Translations under genes and position numbers: made by a program
Notes under the pieces: generated by a model
Seen by the model: only the letters and a program-made list of their open reading frames with translations
Told to the model about the DNA's origin: nothing
Databases searched by the model: none
NCBI GenBank assembly: GCA_013265495.1
Contig: MU058781.1
Location: 1,220,963-1,284,962 of the forward strand
Direction: 5' to 3'
DNA: 64,000 bases
From: Vicugna vicugna
Lineage: Eukaryota
Shown here: positions 12,400-23,690 of the stretch, in pieces
Position numbering within the stretch: the first letter of the stretch is position 1
How the letters are laid out: each line of letters begins with the position of its first letter

Positions 12400-14100
12400 C
12401 CTCTGTGTTGCCGGGTGGCACTGATTTATATCAGCCAGTACAGTCATTTGCAAGTTCATTTCATGATCAATGCCTGGCCAAGTTTGCCTTTATACATTAT
12501 GAAAGGTTGTCTCAACATTTGCATTTGTGCAAGCAGGCTTGCTAAAAGCACTCTGACTGCCTGTACTTTGCAGGCAACTGAGAAAGCGGTTTATCCTTTT
12601 TTGCCTCTTTTATTTACCTTTTTTTTTTCTACCTGCCAATGACAGTGATTGGTCTCTGGAGAGACACCAAAGTTGCACTCAACACCATTTAAAAAACCCA
12701 AATGGGATCATTTTAGACGTTGATTCAGATCTTTTCCAAAACTGGAAAGTGCATGTTTATTCTGTTTGGATAACTTTTAGATTTTTCTAAAGAGATTTAA
12801 CCTGTAAGGCGTGAAAGTCAATCAGGGAACGCTCTGCTACCTTTGCCAAGAGCTTGCGGGGGACTGAGCTCAGGCCAGCCTCGGTCCAGACAGTGAGCTG
12901 GGGGGAAATCTTGTGTTTCTGGGGGCAGAGCTGAGCCCCCGCATTTCCCTCCACCCCCGCTGGGCAGAGAGGGAGAAAGGGTCCACTCTTTGGAACCAAG
13001 GATAATTGAGAGAACTTTGTAAGATGGCTTTTTCTCTCTCTTTTTTCATCCTCACTTCTCTTTACTCCCGAAGTTTAAACAAGTGATACGTGGCTGGCTT
13101 TCCCTACAGCCCACCTCAGCCAACCCTCCTTTTGGATAAACCTCAGCTTCCTGGCTGGCCTGCCGGAGAAACTGGTTCGACACACCCAGGGGAAAAATGA
13201 CAGCTTTTCACAGCAAGCTGCCGGGGCGTAAATAGCGCAGGGGAGCGTCCGCAGGCCCCAACCTGCCTTTTCAAAGTGTCAGTGCAGCCGGCCTGCTAGA
13301 CCTCTTCAGGGAGAATCAGCCACTCTTTACTTAACTTTCTGGAAAGCAGTTTAACCCTGTTTACAACCGAAACAGATCACAGGTGAGGGGCTTTGCCAGT
13401 CTCAGGCCTACGAGTGTCCAGCGCCCCCTCCCACTGAAGGCTGGGGGTTCTCTCCCCTTTCTGAGTGGCCCTGGGAGCCAGGCAGAGGCAGGGGAGGGCA
13501 GAGCTAAATGGAAGGGAAGTTAGCTTCGTGAAGAATGAGGCGTCCAAAAACCTGGCAAAAGGCCTATAGCTTTGTGCCTTGAGGTTAGAAAGCCAACTGC
13601 TTTTCCCGGAACTTGCTCCAAATTTCACACCCCTTTTTGCAGATGTCTGCTATGTGGTGAGCTGTGTGAGCTCCCGGACAAGGGGGACAAAGTAATTAGA
13701 CAGCAGATACAATTTATTGACAAGCGCTGGAAGAAGCTAAACTCATTCAGGGCTTATTTAACTGTTGCGTTGATCACGAGAAGTGCCTGGCGTCCCCACG
13801 AAACACCCCCAAATGTACATTTAAGTTCTTTACAGGCCATATTTAAACCTGGGAGATAGAAGTGGCTTTCTAACTTAATCGCATCAGTGTTTGGGATTTT
13901 AAAATGAATATGTTATTATTTCCATGTAAGACTCTGAGAGAAATAGTGAGTGTGAAAATTAAAGGTATGCTGTTGTCCTTTTAGACTAAAGGCCACCGGG
14001 GGCAAAAAAAAGGGGGGGAGGAGGGCATGTCAGGTTAAGTGTGGGGAAGGGAGGAAAGGAACGGGGGAAAAACAGATTGTCACTTTTAGATTACAATTTC
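12400..14100. promoter_or_regulatory. Putative developmental enhancer / conserved non-coding block
   Basis: Lies in a ~4 kb stretch with no repeat I recognise; homeodomain, MEIS, forkhead, E-box and T-box-like motifs; conservation not tested. Confidence 0.4.
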
Positions 14101-16409
14101 ATTTCACTTTAATAAGATTTTAAGTTTGGTTTGTTTTGCAAGTCCAATGATATAGAAACAGGGGCTAAAGACCTTGGGATGGGCCATCGCATGAGACGAC
14201 TTACTAAAGGTTGGACCTGTTCTATGTATTACTTTTAATACACTTTTCATAGTATTTACTGCAGGAGTCTCTTTGGGGAAATTAGCAATGGAATAATTTC
14301 TATATTTAAGAACCACAAGTTCCCATGTATGTCAAATTAACCTATTGTATATAATATCACCCCAGTATTAGGGAGAGGGAAGAAAATGTCATCAAAACAG
14401 AGTTATCGTTATAGAGTTATTTGTTTTTTCTCTACTCCACTCAGTAGATGGTCGTAGAAATCTCTGCCTTAGCCTTCACTTTGTCTTTAAGACATGAAAT
14501 GATCACATGCTCTTGGTATATTATGTTTTTTTGTTACTAAATAGCTTTCCTATAAGGAATAATCAATGGCAGTCAAATTAAATAATTATAAACAAATTCT
14601 GTTTTACTATCTCTATACAAAAGTACAAACACGAATATGAAGACATCTAAAAATGCAGAAACAGTAAGTTATGTCTTCCGTGTATCAATATATAAAAACA
14701 TAGCTGGAAGATTTTTTTTCAAAATCGAGAAGTAGCTCCTTGTCTATTAGGTTAAAATCTTAAATCCTCCAGCAAATGTGTAATTCCATATTTCGAACAA
14801 TTTCAATATTTTGTTGTCACATAAAATATGTAAATAGCTATTCACATTATTTGGGGTGATTTGTGTATAAAATGAGAGTCAGATGGGAAAGAAAATACCA
14901 TTCTTATCTGTAAAGCAATGGAAACACAGAATAAATCTGGAATTAAAGCTGGCCTTTGAAACAATTTAAATACAAAGTTAAGGCATTTCTTCACCTACTG
15001 TGTATATTTATAAGTTACATAAAGTCTAACTCTTGCACAAGTTGAGGTTTTGCATAGATTAACAGTTAATGCTACTTTCTAGGCATTATCCTACTCAAGG
15101 GTTGGCCTGAAATTCATTTTCCCTCTTGGGTCAGCATTCTTGACACCTACGGAAAAGAACATTCGGGCTCCCCCAGAAAGTAGATAAAGCTAAATCGGAA
15201 GTAAAGAAGAAATAAACATGACGCTCCAATGGAAGAAGCCTGAAATCATCCCAGTCAGACGCGTTGGCTGCAGATGAAGAGATAAGCTAATCAACACGTC
15301 CTGGAAAAATCCATGCCGCATCTTACACAGAACCCAAACCAGCACCGGGACGTTGAGTTAGTTCGGTGTAGACATTCTGCCAGACGTAATGTATTTGATA
15401 AAGCTTCTGGCTTTTTATCTTCAGACTGGTTTGCTATATTAATTCAGGGGTCTCAGGAATATGAGAAACAATGGCAATAATTCAAAATTTTTCATTATCT
15501 GTTCTTGGCTGTGTCTTCATTTGTCATAACTGGTGGGCTGTAATAGAGGAGCTGCTTCTGTCTTTTCATATAAATCTGGGCTTATTTTTTCCCGGCACTG
15601 GCTTCAGTCCTGCGCTCCCCTGACCCAGGGGAAGGGTCGGGGCCCCTTCTCCTCCTCCCCCAGGTGGCCTCAGGTTGATGGATTTATTGCTCCCTACACC
15701 AAGCCCGCCTTTGTCTCTGGTCTTTCCAGCCTTAGGAACCTTCCTTTTATTTAAACTAGGATCACATCCTTAGTGAAAGGATCAGGGAGAGCCAGATGCT
15801 TCCAAATTGAAAGTGATCACAAGATCATTAAAATCCGAGGGCCAGGATTATTAAAAGCGTGGTTTACAATGGAAGCCATTCCTGTAAAAGGAACAAATAT
15901 CCTGTGGTAAGTCAACCACAAATTACCTACAAATATTTATTTCCAGAATTGTGTCTGGATGGGGTGTTCTCCTTTGGTGACCTTCTTTTGTGGTGTCTGC
16001 CCACCTTCTTCCTAAAGATATGGGACATACCAATTAGGTAAAAAAGGCTACAATGATCAGGCTTGCTAAGGCTCTGTTAGCAAAATAAGGTACCAGAATC
16101 TTACTATAGGAGCCAGTCAATATTAGCAAGAGAAAGGGCTGTTTGTCTTGTAGATGTTTTGTTCAAAGAGCTGGAAATAGTCACTTCCCACCCCACCATT
16201 CTGCCATCCATCAAGGGGGAAACTAGAATGGATTTATTGAGTGAGTTTGAGCCCCAGAATAAATGCCTGGAGTAAAAAGACTTCCGGGCTTCGGGGAGCA
16301 CAATAGACAGGTCAGAGTGGTGACCCCCTAGTGCCTGTGGGAGGTAGCACCTGAGTGGAAAGGTGACTTGGCGGGTGAAGGTCCCCTGGGCCTCTGCATT
16401 GGTTGGTTT

Positions 16410-16760
16410 CTCTTCCTAAAACCTCATCTCTCTGATACTCACAAGGAGAGCCCTCGCCTCCTTCAGGTCTTCCCTAGAATGTGACTCAGGGAGGCCTACC
16501 CCGCCCAGGCCGTTTCAAGTTGCAAACTACCCTCCATTCACCACTCTAATCCCTAGCTCTTTCACTTATCTACTGATCACCTTCTAAATATACCCTGTGG
16601 TACAAGCGGGCAGTCACTTTTTATTATGTTATCATGTACTCTCTGTCTCCCCTCACAGGAAAACAGGCAGTTTGGGCCTGTTTGGGTCACTCCTGTTCCT
16701 GAATTCTTTCACGTATCTGAAACACAGCCTCTGTGTAGTAAGAATTTCTTTCTAAATGGA
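16410..16760 (+). mobile_element. L2 LINE 3' fragment
   Basis: CCTCCTTCAGGTCTT..AATGTGAC..CAGGGAGGCC..CTGTCTCCCC..TAGTAAG..TAAATG. Confidence 0.55.
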
Positions 16761-17059
16761 CTCTGGAGGACAGGTCACTCTAAATAGTACCCGTTATGGT
16801 GAAGGGGTTACAAGTAGGTCACTGTCATCTCAGAAACATCACCACGACAGCGGTGTGGACAGTTCTGACGCTCTCTCTGAATCCTGAAGCTTGGAACTCT
16901 CTATGTCTATCAGCATTTGCCAATTCCTACATTGACACCAAAAACTAAGGGTTTCTTGTTCAATTTGGAGCAATTATTTATTGCTAATAAGGAGTCGCTG
17001 ATAAACTATGCTCTGTCGAGAAGCAAAGTTAATTGAAAGGAAAAAGCCTTAGGAAAGCA

Positions 17060-17111
17060 TAAATAAACAAATAAACAAACAAACAAATAAATAAATAATA
17101 AATAAATAAAT
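17060..17111. repeat. (AAAT/AAAC)n tetranucleotide repeat
   Basis: Direct reading. Confidence 0.9.
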
Positions 17112-17400
17112 GGTCATTTCTCATAATCACTACCATTGTAGGGATATCGCACTATCCATAATACTGATAAGGAAGAAGAGGGGATGGAGAAGAAAGGAAA
17201 AGACAGAGGGAGGGAAAAGAAGTTAGTATAGTCATCGTTTACACTGGGGAAAAGAGCTTCCTAATTGTCACTACCAGTTTATATGCCATTTCTGTAAATT
17301 GTCAAATCTCCATTTTTGTACAATTCAAAACCAAACCAAAACAAAACAACAACCACCACCAAAAAAAAAAAAAAAAAAAAAAACCCAACAGGGAAAAAAC

Positions 17401-17991
17401 TGAGACCAGAGGGGAGAAGGTAGGGCACAACCATTAAAAGAATCACACAGCTGTTGAGAAAAACAGGATACAACAAAAACTGGTTAAAACCCACTAGGCC
17501 CAAGATGGCGGAAGGTCTGACTTCCCATGGACTTTGAGCCTCATTACACGCTCATTGAAGTACATTAGCATGTTAAACGACACTCCCACAGGCGCCATGA
17601 CAGTTGTGAGGCTGATCATAAGAGGCCGAAAAGTAGGCGGCGGCCCAATTCCTGGAAATCCCCTGCCGCTTCCCCAGAATGGTTGGAATAATCCTCCCAT
17701 TTATTTATAAGCATGTGAAATTATCCAGCCCATAAAAACCAAACACCCCCACACCCTGGCCCATAAAAACTAACAAACCCACACCCCAGGCCATTCTCAT
17801 CTCCTAAGCCAGAAAGCATTCTGTCTATGCAATGTGTATCTCTCCAAAACCTCTCCAAAGCATGCTTTCACTTTACTATGACTCTTGAATTCCTTCCTGA
17901 GTGAAGCCAGGGACCCTCACTTGGCGGCTCATCCCAGGGACTCACTCAAGACTTGGGATGTGACCATTCTCTCGCTCACTCTTCTGCAACA
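17401..17991 (+). mobile_element. ERV1 solo LTR, MER41-like (copy A)
   Basis: TG..CA termini, 4-bp TSD AAAC (17397-17400 / 17992-17995); core CATTAGCATG..GACACTCCCAC.GGCGCCATGACAGTT matches MER41 as recalled. Confidence 0.85.
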
Positions 17992-18341
17992 AAACAAAAA
18001 CACCTTGTGAGATAGGGTAAAAGTTAGGGCCCCAAATCAATATCAGAATGGTCATTTTAGGACTTAATAATTCATGTACCTTTTTCACTTTCACAGAAAG
18101 TTGTTTTTCTGTTTTTTGGTTTTTGTTTTTTTAATTTAGGCCTCTAAATAGAAATTTTAATTATAGGAATTTCTCTGTCTCTCTTCCCTAAACATTTACC
18201 ACTTGAGATGGTGTGTTTTCTATATTTGCATTACAACATAAACTCCTAGTATTTTGTTTGGCACAGATGCATTTTTGTTGGATTTATAATCAGACGGTCA
18301 AAAACTTCAGACTCATTTTGGCAGCTCAGGGGTTCTCAAGT

Positions 18342-19008
18342 TGAGACAGGAGGGAAGGGGGCAGGGCACAGCCATTCAAGGAATGACACAGCAATTAACA
18401 CCAAAATGACAAAAGATTCAACTCCCAGTAGGCTTTGGGGATTAAGACGACAGGAGATTTGACTTCTAGTAGATCTGGAGCTTCATTATATGCTCATTGT
18501 AATATAATTAGCATGATAAATAACATGCCTACAGGTGCCATGACAGTTTCAAGGCTAGCCACAAAAAGGTCAAAGTGGGCTGTAGCCCAAATCCTGGGAA
18601 TCTTAGCTCCTTCCCTAGGGTAGTTGAAATGGTCCTCCCACTTGTTAGCATATGAAGCGACTGAGCCGACAAAAACTGGCAACACCATGCCTCGTGGCCA
18701 CCTCCCTCACTCCCTCCTCTTCAGAGACAGCCCGCACTCTGTCTTTGGAGTGTGTACCTGCTTTTACTTTAACCTGAGCACCCAACCCCCACACCTCATG
18801 GCCTTTCTCTTACTTTTTGGAACAGTCTGCACTCTATGCAGTATGTATCTCTCTCTAAATAAATCTACCTTTACTCAACTGTGGCTGGCACCTGAATTCT
18901 TTCCTGTGCCAAGCCAAGGGCCCACACTTGGTGGGGCACGTCCCAGGGGCTCAACAGAGACCTGGGACACAGCCCTCCGCATGCCCCACACATGTTTTTC
19001 CTGTATCA
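18342..19008 (+). mobile_element. ERV1 solo LTR, MER41-like (copy B)
   Basis: TGAGACAGG..CTGTATCA termini, 4-bp TSD AAGT (18338-18341 / 19009-19012), AATAAA near 18858; clearly homologous to copy A. Confidence 0.85.
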
Positions 19009-19684
19009 AAGTGACAGTTGAAATTTGTAAAGAAAAAGAACTTCCAGTTTCCTGCGGCAGATCACAGAAGTATTAAAGTACAGAGTTCTCAAAGCTTACC
19101 CCTGTGAACTGAGCCCTTGACCTTTAGTAAGCCATTTGAACTGTTCTGGTTCCCATAATTCTGGGCCTGTTTATTAATATAACTAGAAGACTATCCTTTT
19201 TATTTTTTTACCAGGCACAGGTGAAGGAGAGGAGCGAGGATGCTTCTTCCTTAGGGAACTGGAGCAAAGAAACAATCAGACTCATCAGAGCAAGAGTCAA
19301 TGTAAACCAAGGTGAAGATGGGGGACATGTCATGCACTCATTCAGCACCCACTTAACTGTTACTAGACATCAGCTGAGCACCCAGCTGTACACTTTATAA
19401 CTATAACACTGTAGACACAGGCTGGAGGGAGCCCTGCTCATTATGGCTCAGCAGAATGCCTTGAACAATATTCAAATAATGGATGAATAAATGAATGAAT
19501 GAATGGGTCCATGAGAGACACAACATGCAACTATAAAGTCAAATAACAAAATAAGAAACTCTTCGAGTACTGAGAAAATGTACACTCTTAAGTTCAAATA
19601 TTTTAAATCTTCCCTATAAATTAAAGGGTTAGGGAAGTGACTTAGAGGAAGTGTGACTTACATGGTATTGAAAGGAGGGATATA

Positions 19685-20030
19685 TATTTATTATAGCAAT
19701 TCTAATAGTAACAAAAATAAGGGGTGCCACAAAAGGAGATTAGTTAATCAAATTATGGTTCTTCATGCAATAGAATACTATACATCTCTAAAAATAATGT
19801 AAAGGAATTTTAATAGAATAAAAAATTTTTTTCAATATATCATTCAGTGGGAAGAAAAAGGCTTACAAATGAGTATATATAATGAAGCCACTTTGTAAAC
19901 AAGAAAATCACATGAATGTGCACGTAGTTGTTAGCCATGAGGTCTCTGTTAATTAATTGCCAGTTCTACTAATGTACTTTACCATAAATATGTATTATAA
20001 TTGTTTTAATAAGAGAAAGTACATATTTTT
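19685..20030 (+). mobile_element. Old L1 (L1ME-type) 3' fragment
   Basis: AAATTATGGT..CATGCAATAGAATACTAT..ATATATCATTCAGTG..AAAAAGGCTTACAAA. Confidence 0.55.
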
Positions 20031-20038
20031 TAAATTGC

Positions 20039-20646
20039 TGTGGTGGTGGGCAGAATAATGGTTTCCCAGAGATGTCTGTGTTCTAGTCCTCAGAACCTGT
20101 GACTGTGCTGTGTTACAAGGCACACAAGTTTGTGGATGGAGCTGGAGTTGTTAATTAGCTGACACTAAATTAGACAGATTATCCTGGACTGTCTGGGTGG
20201 GCCCAATTACATGAGTGCTTAAAAGTAGAAAAGGCCAGCAGAAGACAGTCAGAAGAGATGGACCTGAGGACTTGGGCTGCCACTGCTGAATTTGAAGATG
20301 GAGGAAGGAGGCCACTAGCCAAGGAATGCAACAGACTCTAAGTGCTGGAAACGGTCCTCGGTTTACAGCCAGCAAAGAAACAGAAACCTCAGTCCTGCAA
20401 CCACAAGGAACTGAATTCTGCCAACAATCCAAATGAACAGGAAAAAAACTTTCCCCAGGGACCTTCAGAAAAAAGCATGGTCAGCCCACACCTTGATTTT
20501 ATTCCAGTGAGACCCAAGCTAGGCTTCTGACCTAAGGAACTGTGATAGAATAAATGTGTGTTGTTTTAAACCATTAATTTCATGGGAACTTAGTACAGCA
20601 GGAATTTAAACCACTAAGTTTGTGGGAATTTGGCACAGCAGGTACA
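20039..20646 (+). mobile_element. MaLR solo LTR (MLT1D-like)
   Basis: GGCAGAATAATGG..AGATTATCCTGGA..GAAGATGGAGGAAGG..GCAACCACAAGGAACTGAATTCTGCCAACAA..AATAAATGTGTGTTGTTTTAAACCA. Confidence 0.85.
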
Positions 20647-21989
20647 AAGTTGTTGGGAGGAGTCTGAAAATGCAGAGAGGACAAGGAGATTGAATTTCAC
20701 GCAGGGGTCGCAATGCACACACTGTCCTTGAAAGATCCAACAGGAGCAAAGATTAACAGAGGGAAGGGTGAGAGACGAAGTTAGAAAGATCCAGGCGAGA
20801 GAAGGTGCAGGTTAGCTGTCTCTGCCTCTGTGAGATGCACCAGGAGGAGGCTGCCTCCTGAAGGTGGAAGAGAAGGTTGTGGGGGTGGGTGGGAGGGAGC
20901 AAAGGGCTTTCTCAGGGCTGAGCACCTAGGGAAAATGGGGGTGATCTTTACAAGGGTTGAAAACAGCCCCTTATGGAGCTTAGGACGTGAAGGACAAACA
21001 ACTCCAAAGGCAGCCAGGCCGCAGCAAAACCCCAGCTGAAGTGATCTGTGCAAGGCTGGACCAGTGGCATTAATTGGCCCAGGAGTCAGTCGATGGGGTA
21101 ATCCTCATCAGTTGATGGAGACTGGCAAAAAGTCCTGGTAACACCTGCGTGTAATCCTGACTGGGGGGAAAGAATAAGCCAGTCCTGAAGCTCACCCATC
21201 CTCAGCCCTCTTACTGGGTTAAGACTGAGCAACAAGGGATGGCTGAACTGTTTAATCATTCCTGCAGAATGGGAGCCTGTGTTCTCCAAATTTACTCAGC
21301 CCTGCGACAGGATTTGTGTAAACACAGTGCACTGGCTTTGCATCTCCCAAATCTAAAGGAAGTGAATGACTGTATTGAATTCTTTTTTTTTTTTCCTTGT
21401 TTGTTGCTTCATTACGTGGAGTTTGGATCAAAGCCTACATTTAATATAAATAAAAGTTGATCTGCTAAAATTTTATGAAAAAGATCATTAAATGCCAGAA
21501 AAGTAGCCATTCCTGAGACCTGAAATTTTCTGTTTTTTGGATAGACTGCCAGCAGCACTTTGTTTGGATTAGAATTACGTGTCTGCCAAATTGCAAACTG
21601 CAAAATGCAATCTCAAAGATTTTCTTAATAAATTTAATATAAGATTTTAAGCACCTTCTCTCAAATACTCACTCTAGCAAAAAAAAAAAAAGAGTCTTTT
21701 CTACATTAAAATATGGCGAATTTATATGCCAGTTACTTCCCACAAAGTTTGGTGGGGGAGGTGCGGGGAAGGAGAGGCAAGCTAAAACACAACTTTATTT
21801 TCTTGATACAACTCCAGAGATTCACCAAGTTCTAGAATCAAGTGCCTTGCAGGGACTAAAATCAGAAGTGACAGAGTATTTACCAGGCTCTAGTCACACC
21901 TCAAGTCACCCGAGGTGAGAAAAACACGGGGCGGACCACGGCAGCCCTGCCTGGGAAGGGGTCGGGTGGGCGGGGACCTGGGGGGCCGT

Positions 21990-22120
21990 CACCATCGGGT
22001 CGTGCACGTTTGGAGAGCCGGCCGCGACCCGGGCCTCGGCTACACGCTTTCTCAGATACTAACTAACTCGCAGGAGCCCAGGGAGAGGCAGGTCAGATCC
22101 TGTTTCACAGAGCGGAGTGG
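21990..22120 (-). mobile_element. MIR remnant, unusually GC/CpG-rich
   Basis: GGCTACACGCTTT..GAGAGGCAGGT..ATCCTGTTTCACAGAGCGGAG aligns by eye to the reverse MIR core. Confidence 0.4.
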
Positions 22121-22419
22121 ACCAGGGCTTGCTCCTCCCGGCTCCCCAGTGTGAGGTGGAGCCCCAGCCATCCTCGGCTCCCCTGCCCTGGTATGCTCTT
22201 TCCTTCATCACATCGATCTCTGTCTGAAATGACTTAATGCATTTGTTTGCTTCTGGGTTCCCACATGACGCTTAATAAATATGTATCAAGTGACTGAATG
22301 AACTTGCCCAAGGCCCCGCAGCTGTTGGTGCCCAGGCTAGAATTTGAACTCTTCTCTGTCCAAATCCAAAGATAACTACATCTTTAAAGACATTTTTTAA
22401 TTTAAGAAGAACTACTTAG

Positions 22420-22625
22420 GTACTTACTGATGAAATAACGTGATGTCTGGGATATGCTTCAAAAGGATGCAGGGGGTGGGGATTGCATGTAAATGAAACA
22501 GAATTGACCTTGTGTTGGTAATTGCTGACGCTGGGTGATGGGTAGGTAGGGGTTTATTGCAATGTTCTCTCTCCTTTAGCTTATGCTTAAAATTTTCCAT
22601 AATAAAATGTTTCATTTAAAAAACA
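22420..22625 (+). mobile_element. Old L1 (L1MC-type) 3' end
   Basis: TGATGTCTGGGATATGCTTCAAAA..GCTGGGTGATGGGTA..AAAATTTTCCATAATAAAA. Confidence 0.75.
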
Positions 22626-23199
22626 AAGAGAATTTCAACACTTAAGTTTTTATTTCTGTTCTTTCTTCTGATCCACTCTTTGCTGTCCAGTCTAAATTTC
22701 ACTCTCCTTCTCATCCTGTGCTAACTGAACAATTTCTGCTTCCCTCACGGCCTTTCTTCCCCATTTCTTTGATTTGTATACAGTAGACAAAACTTTTTAT
22801 TTCCCCCCGAACACTTCTACATATAAAATATCATCATATTCTCGATTCTGTCTACTAAAAAAAAGCAGGAATTTCATTCCAAAACTGCATATGTGCAAAT
22901 TAGCAAATTTATGTGCAACTTTAGTACAATCATTAAATAATGACGTTACATAAAATTTAAAACTCATGTATGCAAAAAAACTGCAACACAGGACACATCT
23001 GACTCATTGTTATTTAAACTATTAAATATAACTTGTATCATTATTTACTAAATGGTCTCCTGAGGTAAGCAAGCACACAGTAACACCTGCTCAAAGCAAT
23101 TATGAGGAATGAGACTGGCTTTAAACACCAAATAAAAGAGAAGTGTGTTTATTTATGCTTTTATTCTTCTGATTCCCATTATCTCTCTATCACTGTGAC

Positions 23200-23690
23200 T
23201 GTGGCAAACATTACAGGTTTCTCAACCTACACCCAGTCTCAGACGTTGCTGGGGCAGTGATGTGTCTAGCCCCAGGTGAGATGTTCCCTCTCTCACCCTC
23301 TCTCGCATCTAAGGATAGCCTTGGAAAGTCATCTGCCCAGTGAGATATACGTGAAAGTCCACTCATCCTCTAGGAAGTTTTTAGCTTTTTTTTATGAAAG
23401 GATACAGAAGCAGTTGGCATATCCTTTCCCCACACCACGCACACATAAACGTCTTTCCTCGATGAATGTAGATGTGATGACTGGAGCCACAGCAACCGCT
23501 TTGCAACCATGAGAATGGAACCCAACAAAAATACAATGATAGAGTGGAAAGAGGTGAGACACCTGTGCATCTAATGGCATCACAGAGCACCTTAGTCAAT
23601 GTCAGCATCTACCTTTTGACATCTGTTTGTAGTCTTTAAGTCAGGTCTTTCAATACTTGTGGCTGACTACATTCCTAATGGATATAGTCA
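23200..23690 (+). mobile_element. Old MaLR LTR (MLT1J/K-like)
   Basis: GAATGTAGATGTGATGACTGGAGCCACAGCAACC..TTGCAACCATGAG..TACTTGTGGCTGA..ATTCCTAA. Confidence 0.6.

Noticed and set aside
13991..14004. CTCF site GGCCACCGGGGGCA
   Set aside because: One base shorter than the core (missing the conserved A), so the spacing is wrong.
17401..19008. A single provirus with 5' and 3' LTRs
   Set aside because: Each LTR has its own distinct TSD, the LTRs differ substantially, and I see no PBS, PPT or gag/pol in the 350-bp spacer.
18624..19076. 150-aa ORF
   Set aside because: Lies almost entirely inside a solo LTR; incidental frame with a non-ATG start.
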